A DNA stretch of 64,000 nt from Propionibacterium sp. GTDB lineage: Bacteria > Actinomycetota > Actinomycetes > Propionibacteriales > Propionibacteriaceae. Each line of letters begins with the position of its first letter. Within the stretch, counting starts at the first letter, position 1. Below, piece by piece: positions 60,698-64,000 of the stretch. The translations under genes were made by a program, and so were the position numbers. The stretch covers positions 1,993-65,992 of the forward strand of contig JALHFX010000012.1 of the NCBI GenBank assembly GCA_022837595.1, read 5' to 3'. The notes under the pieces are model-generated. The model was not told the DNA's origin and ran no database searches. It saw only the letters and a program-made list of their open reading frames with translations.

Positions 60698-63371
60698 GGA
60701 CCGTCTCCACCTGATGGCGGGCTGCTTCGATTGCTTGCGGAGCCGCGTCCGGATGTGATCCGCCTCCCTGGGCGAAATCATCCTTGCCACCGCCCTTGCC
60801 ACCGAGTTCGGTCGCGGCCTGCCGCACGATCTCGCCGGCCTTGAGTCCCAGATCGCGGGCGCGACCGTTGACCGTGACCACGACCGACAGCTTGGGGCTT
60901 GTGGTGATCAGCATCACTACAGCAGGACGAGAACCGAACTTGTCGCGGATCTGGGCGGCCAAAGAACGCAAATCCCCTGCTTCAACGCCGTCAAGTATCG
61001 AGGAAGCGAAGAAGACGCCTTCGATGTCATGGGCCTTCCCGACGATCCCAGCGACCTGGGCTTGTAGCTGCGTCATCCGCAGTTCGGCAATCGTCTTCTG
61101 CGCGGCTTTCAGCTCAGCGGCCATCGCCTGGACGCGATCACCGAGCTGATCCGGCTGTACCCGCAGAGTCTGGCTGAGCTCGTTCAGCAACGCGCGCTCA
61201 GCAGCCATGTGTGCGAATGCATCGGTGCTCACCAAGGCCTCGACTCGTCTGGCACCCGAACCGACCGACTGCTCGCCCAGGAGGCTCAGCAGACCGATCT
61301 GGCTCGAATGCTGCACATGAGTGCCTCCGCACAGTTCCCGGCTCCACGGCCCGCCCATCTCGACCACCCGCACGATCGGCGGGTATTTCTCGCCGAACAT
61401 CGCCATAGCACCGAGCGCCTTGGCCTCTTCGAGCTTCATCTGGGTGGCGGTGATCTCGAGATCGTCGCGGATCGCGATATTACAGCGTTCTTCGATCTCG
61501 GTGCGCACTTCGGGGCTCAGCCCTTTGGTCGACGAATAGTCGAAACGCAGGTACCCAGGTTTGTTGAACGAACCGGCCTGGGTCGCACCTGAGCCCACGA
61601 TCTCGCGTAGTGCCGCATGCAGCACGTGAGTGGCTGTGTGCGCTTGGCAGGCGCCACGGCGATTGAAGCCGTCGACCACCGCCGTCACAGCATCGCCGAT
61701 CGCCAGTTCGTTGGGCACTTCAACCTTATGGACGATCAACCCAGGTACCGGACGCTGCACGTCAAGAACATTGAGATCGCCGGCCGACGTGCGTAAAACG
61801 CCCTTGTCGGAGGCCTGCCCCCCGGCCTCGGCGTAGAACGGGGTCTCAGCGAGCACGACTTCGACGGTGCTGCCCGGTGGCGCCCACGAAACCGACTCGC
61901 CGTCGGCGATGAGGCCACGAACCTTGGTCTCGACACTCAGATCGGTATACCCGAGGAAGGGTGTCTCACCTTCGGCGCGCAGCACCTGGTAGGCCTCGGT
62001 ATGCACCGCACCGCCCTTCTTGGCGCGCGCATCAGCCTTGGCGCGCTGGCGCTGCTCGTCCATCAACGCGCGGAAGGCATCCTGATCGACGCTCAACCCC
62101 TGCTCAGCGGCCATCTCCAAGGTCAGATCGATCGGGAAACCATAGGTGTCATGAAGCTGGAAGGCCTTATCACCGGACAGCACCTGCCCACCGGACGAAC
62201 GAACCTGTTTCGCTGCTGTATCAAATAGCGCGGTACCCGAGTTCAGCGTGCGGCTGAACGTCTTCTCCTCAGCCTCGGCAATCTGGCGGATCCGCTCCCA
62301 CTGATCGTCGATATCGGGATAGGAGTCATGCATGACGCTGCGGCTGACATCCAACAGCTCGACGATCGAGGGGCCCGCATAGCCGAGCAAACGCATCGAG
62401 CGGATCGAACGGCGCATCAACCGGCGCAGCACATAGCCTCGGGCCTCGTTACCGGGGGCCACACCGTCGGTCATCAGCATCAGCGAGCTGCGCACATGGT
62501 CGCCGATGACGCGCAGCCGCACGTCATCGACCTGGTCGACGCCGTATTGCTTACCGCTCAGCTCGGACGCTCGTGCTATCACCGGAAAGACCTCGTCGGT
62601 CTCATACATATTGTCCACGCCCTGCATCAGCAGCGCGATGCGCTCCAAGCCTGCACCTGTGTCGATGTTCTTGCTGGGTAGCGGGCCAGCAATATCGAAA
62701 TCATCCTTGGCCCGCACCTCCGAAAGGTCTTCTTGTTGGAATACGAGATTCCAGATCTCCAGGTATCGGTCTTCGTCGGCATTGGGGCCACCCTCGGGGC
62801 CGTACTGTGGGCCGCGATCGACATAGATCTCCGAGCAAGGTCCGCCTGGGCCGGGCACTCCCATATTCCAGTAGTTGTCCGCAAGACCACGTGACTGGAT
62901 GCGTTCTTCGGGCACACCGACGGCTTTCCAGTAGTCCATGGCCTCGATATCACCATCGGGGTAATCGGCGTGCAGTCCCGGGCCGAGCACGGTTACCCAT
63001 ATTCGCTTCGGATCGAAGCCGAAGCAGCCATCCTCGACCGAGCCGGTCACCAGTTCCCAGGCCCATTCGATGGTCTCGCGCTTGAAGTAGTCGCCGAAGC
63101 TGAAATTGCCCAGCATTTGGAAGAATGTTCCGTGCCGGGTGGTCTTACCGACGTCCTCGATATCGAGAGTACGCACACATTTCTGAAGGCTGACCGCGCG
63201 CTTATAGGGCGCGGGTTCTGCACCTGTGAAGTAGGGCTTGAACGGAACCATGCCCGCATTCACGAAAAGCAACGTGGGATCGTTATACAGTAAGGATGCG
63301 CTGGGCACGACCGTGTGACCACGAGCGGCGAAGAAATCTACGTATCGACGTCCGATCTCAGCTGCCTTCAT
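60687..63371 (-). CDS. alaS: Alanine--tRNA ligase
   Basis: LLFVNAGMVPFK, RHGTFFQMLGNFSFGDYFK, HTATHVLHAALR, ELCGGTHV, GGKGGG...AQGGG. Confidence 0.98.
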   Translation of the reverse strand: MKAAEIGRRYVDFFAARGHTVVPSASLLYNDPTLLFVNAGMVPFKPYFTGAEPAPYKRAVSLQKCVRTLDIEDVGKTTRHGTFFQMLGNFSFGDYFKRETIEWAWELVTGSVEDGCFGFDPKRIWVTVLGPGLHADYPDGDIEAMDYWKAVGVPEERIQSRGLADNYWNMGVPGPGGPCSEIYVDRGPQYGPEGGPNADEDRYLEIWNLVFQQEDLSEVRAKDDFDIAGPLPSKNIDTGAGLERIALLMQGVDNMYETDEVFPVIARASELSGKQYGVDQVDDVRLRVIGDHVRSSLMLMTDGVAPGNEARGYVLRRLMRRSIRSMRLLGYAGPSIVELLDVSRSVMHDSYPDIDDQWERIRQIAEAEEKTFSRTLNSGTALFDTAAKQVRSSGGQVLSGDKAFQLHDTYGFPIDLTLEMAAEQGLSVDQDAFRALMDEQRQRAKADARAKKGGAVHTEAYQVLRAEGETPFLGYTDLSVETKVRGLIADGESVSWAPPGSTVEVVLAETPFYAEAGGQASDKGVLRTSAGDLNVLDVQRPVPGLIVHKVEVPNELAIGDAVTAVVDGFNRRGACQAHTATHVLHAALREIVGSGATQAGSFNKPGYLRFDYSSTKGLSPEVRTEIEERCNIAIRDDLEITATQMKLEEAKALGAMAMFGEKYPPIVRVVEMGGPWSRELCGGTHVQHSSQIGLLSLLGEQSVGSGARRVEALVSTDAFAHMAAERALLNELSQTLRVQPDQLGDRVQAMAAELKAAQKTIAELRMTQLQAQVAGIVGKAHDIEGVFFASSILDGVEAGDLRSLAAQIRDKFGSRPAVVMLITTSPKLSVVVTVNGRARDLGLKAGEIVRQAATELGGKGGGKDDFAQGGGSHPDAAPQAIEAARHQVETVLGR

Positions 63372-63462
63372 ACCTCATCCTCACTCATGGTGCGCTGGCG
63401 CCTTGATGGCCAGACCAGCCACCAAGCCTACCGCGAGACGCGACGCCGCGTAGATTCGGAAT

Positions 63463-64000
63463 ATGACATTGCAGCCCGCGCCCCAGCACGGACCGGCTGC
63501 CGCTCCTGGGCGGAAGCGGATCAGCGCCAAAAACTGGGTCTACATCATCATCTCAACGATCCAGCGTTTCAACCGCAATAAGGGCACCGACATGGCTGCG
63601 ACACTCACGTACTACTCGGTGCTGGCCGTCTTCCCCGCTCTGCTTTCATTGGTCTCACTGCTGAAACTCAGCGGAATCGGAGACCTCGTGATACCCCGAC
63701 TAACCGATACCATTACCGAGATCTCCACCGACAAAGAACTCAACACCACTGTGGTAGGTATCGTCCAAGATTTCTTCTCCAGGTCAGGTGCCGGTATCGG
63801 CCTGGCGATCGGTGTGCTGACCGCTGCGTGGGCTGCCAGCGGGTACGTCGCGGCCTTCACCCGAGCGATGAATAGGATCTACGGGATCATTGAAGGACGC
63901 AACCCGATCAAACTCAAGATCTTGCAGTTTGCCGTAACCTTCGCGCTGCTGGTGCTGATGGCTGCGGTGCTGCTCGCGATCGTGGTCAGTGGCGACATAG
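63463..64000 (+). CDS. YihY/virulence factor BrkB family membrane protein, partial (runs off the window edge)
   Basis: Hand-translated, not in the ORF track: MTLQPAP...DMAATLTYYSVLAVFPALL...AASGYVAAFTRAMNRIYG..EGR. Confidence 0.85.
   Translation, partial: MTLQPAPQHGPAAAPGRKRISAKNWVYIIISTIQRFNRNKGTDMAATLTYYSVLAVFPALLSLVSLLKLSGIGDLVIPRLTDTITEISTDKELNTTVVGIVQDFFSRSGAGIGLAIGVLTAAWAASGYVAAFTRAMNRIYGIIEGRNPIKLKILQFAVTFALLVLMAAVLLAIVVSGDI

Noticed and set aside
63372-63462. Small conserved membrane gene often found upstream of alaS
   Set aside because: Only 91 bp separate alaS from the divergent YihY gene, and the minus-strand frame ending GLVAGLAIKAPAHHE has no convincing start.

Overview
This is a high-GC actinobacterial chromosomal window. 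Gene content and protein style suggest Propionibacteriaceae, which is an inference. The left ~23 kb is an accessory-looking envelope, stress and transport region. It holds a partial MFS, a frameshifted MATE, an L,D-transpeptidase, USP, PPK2, an ATGA-coupled esterase / acyltransferase / Zn-ribbon membrane protein operon, an aminotransferase, a Cof HAD, cardiolipin synthase, BCCT, ClC, a tandem YhgE/Pip pair, a small unknown ORF, tRNA-Pro(GGG) and a PadR + DUF5808-like pair. The right ~41 kb is mostly minus-strand core genes: murI, der, cmk, tyrA, prcA, prcB, trmI, metH, rpe, rsmB, fmt, priA, metK, rpoZ, gmk, mIHF, pyrF, pyrD, carB, carA, nusB, efp, aroB, aroK, aroC, mltG, ruvX and alaS, ending in a partial YihY gene. 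The most notable item is a catalytically intact 20S proteasome core (prcBA) without its usual pupylation neighbours (arc/mpa, dop, pup, pafA). It has its own promoter candidate and is fused to the tyrA-cmk-der operon, and a polysaccharide deacetylase pair occupies the arc-dop-pup slot. Other notable items are a candidate leaderless 12-aa uORF coupled to the esterase/acyltransferase operon, two deletion-type frameshifts and many leaderless promoters. By eye I saw no CRISPR array, integrase, transposase or rRNA.
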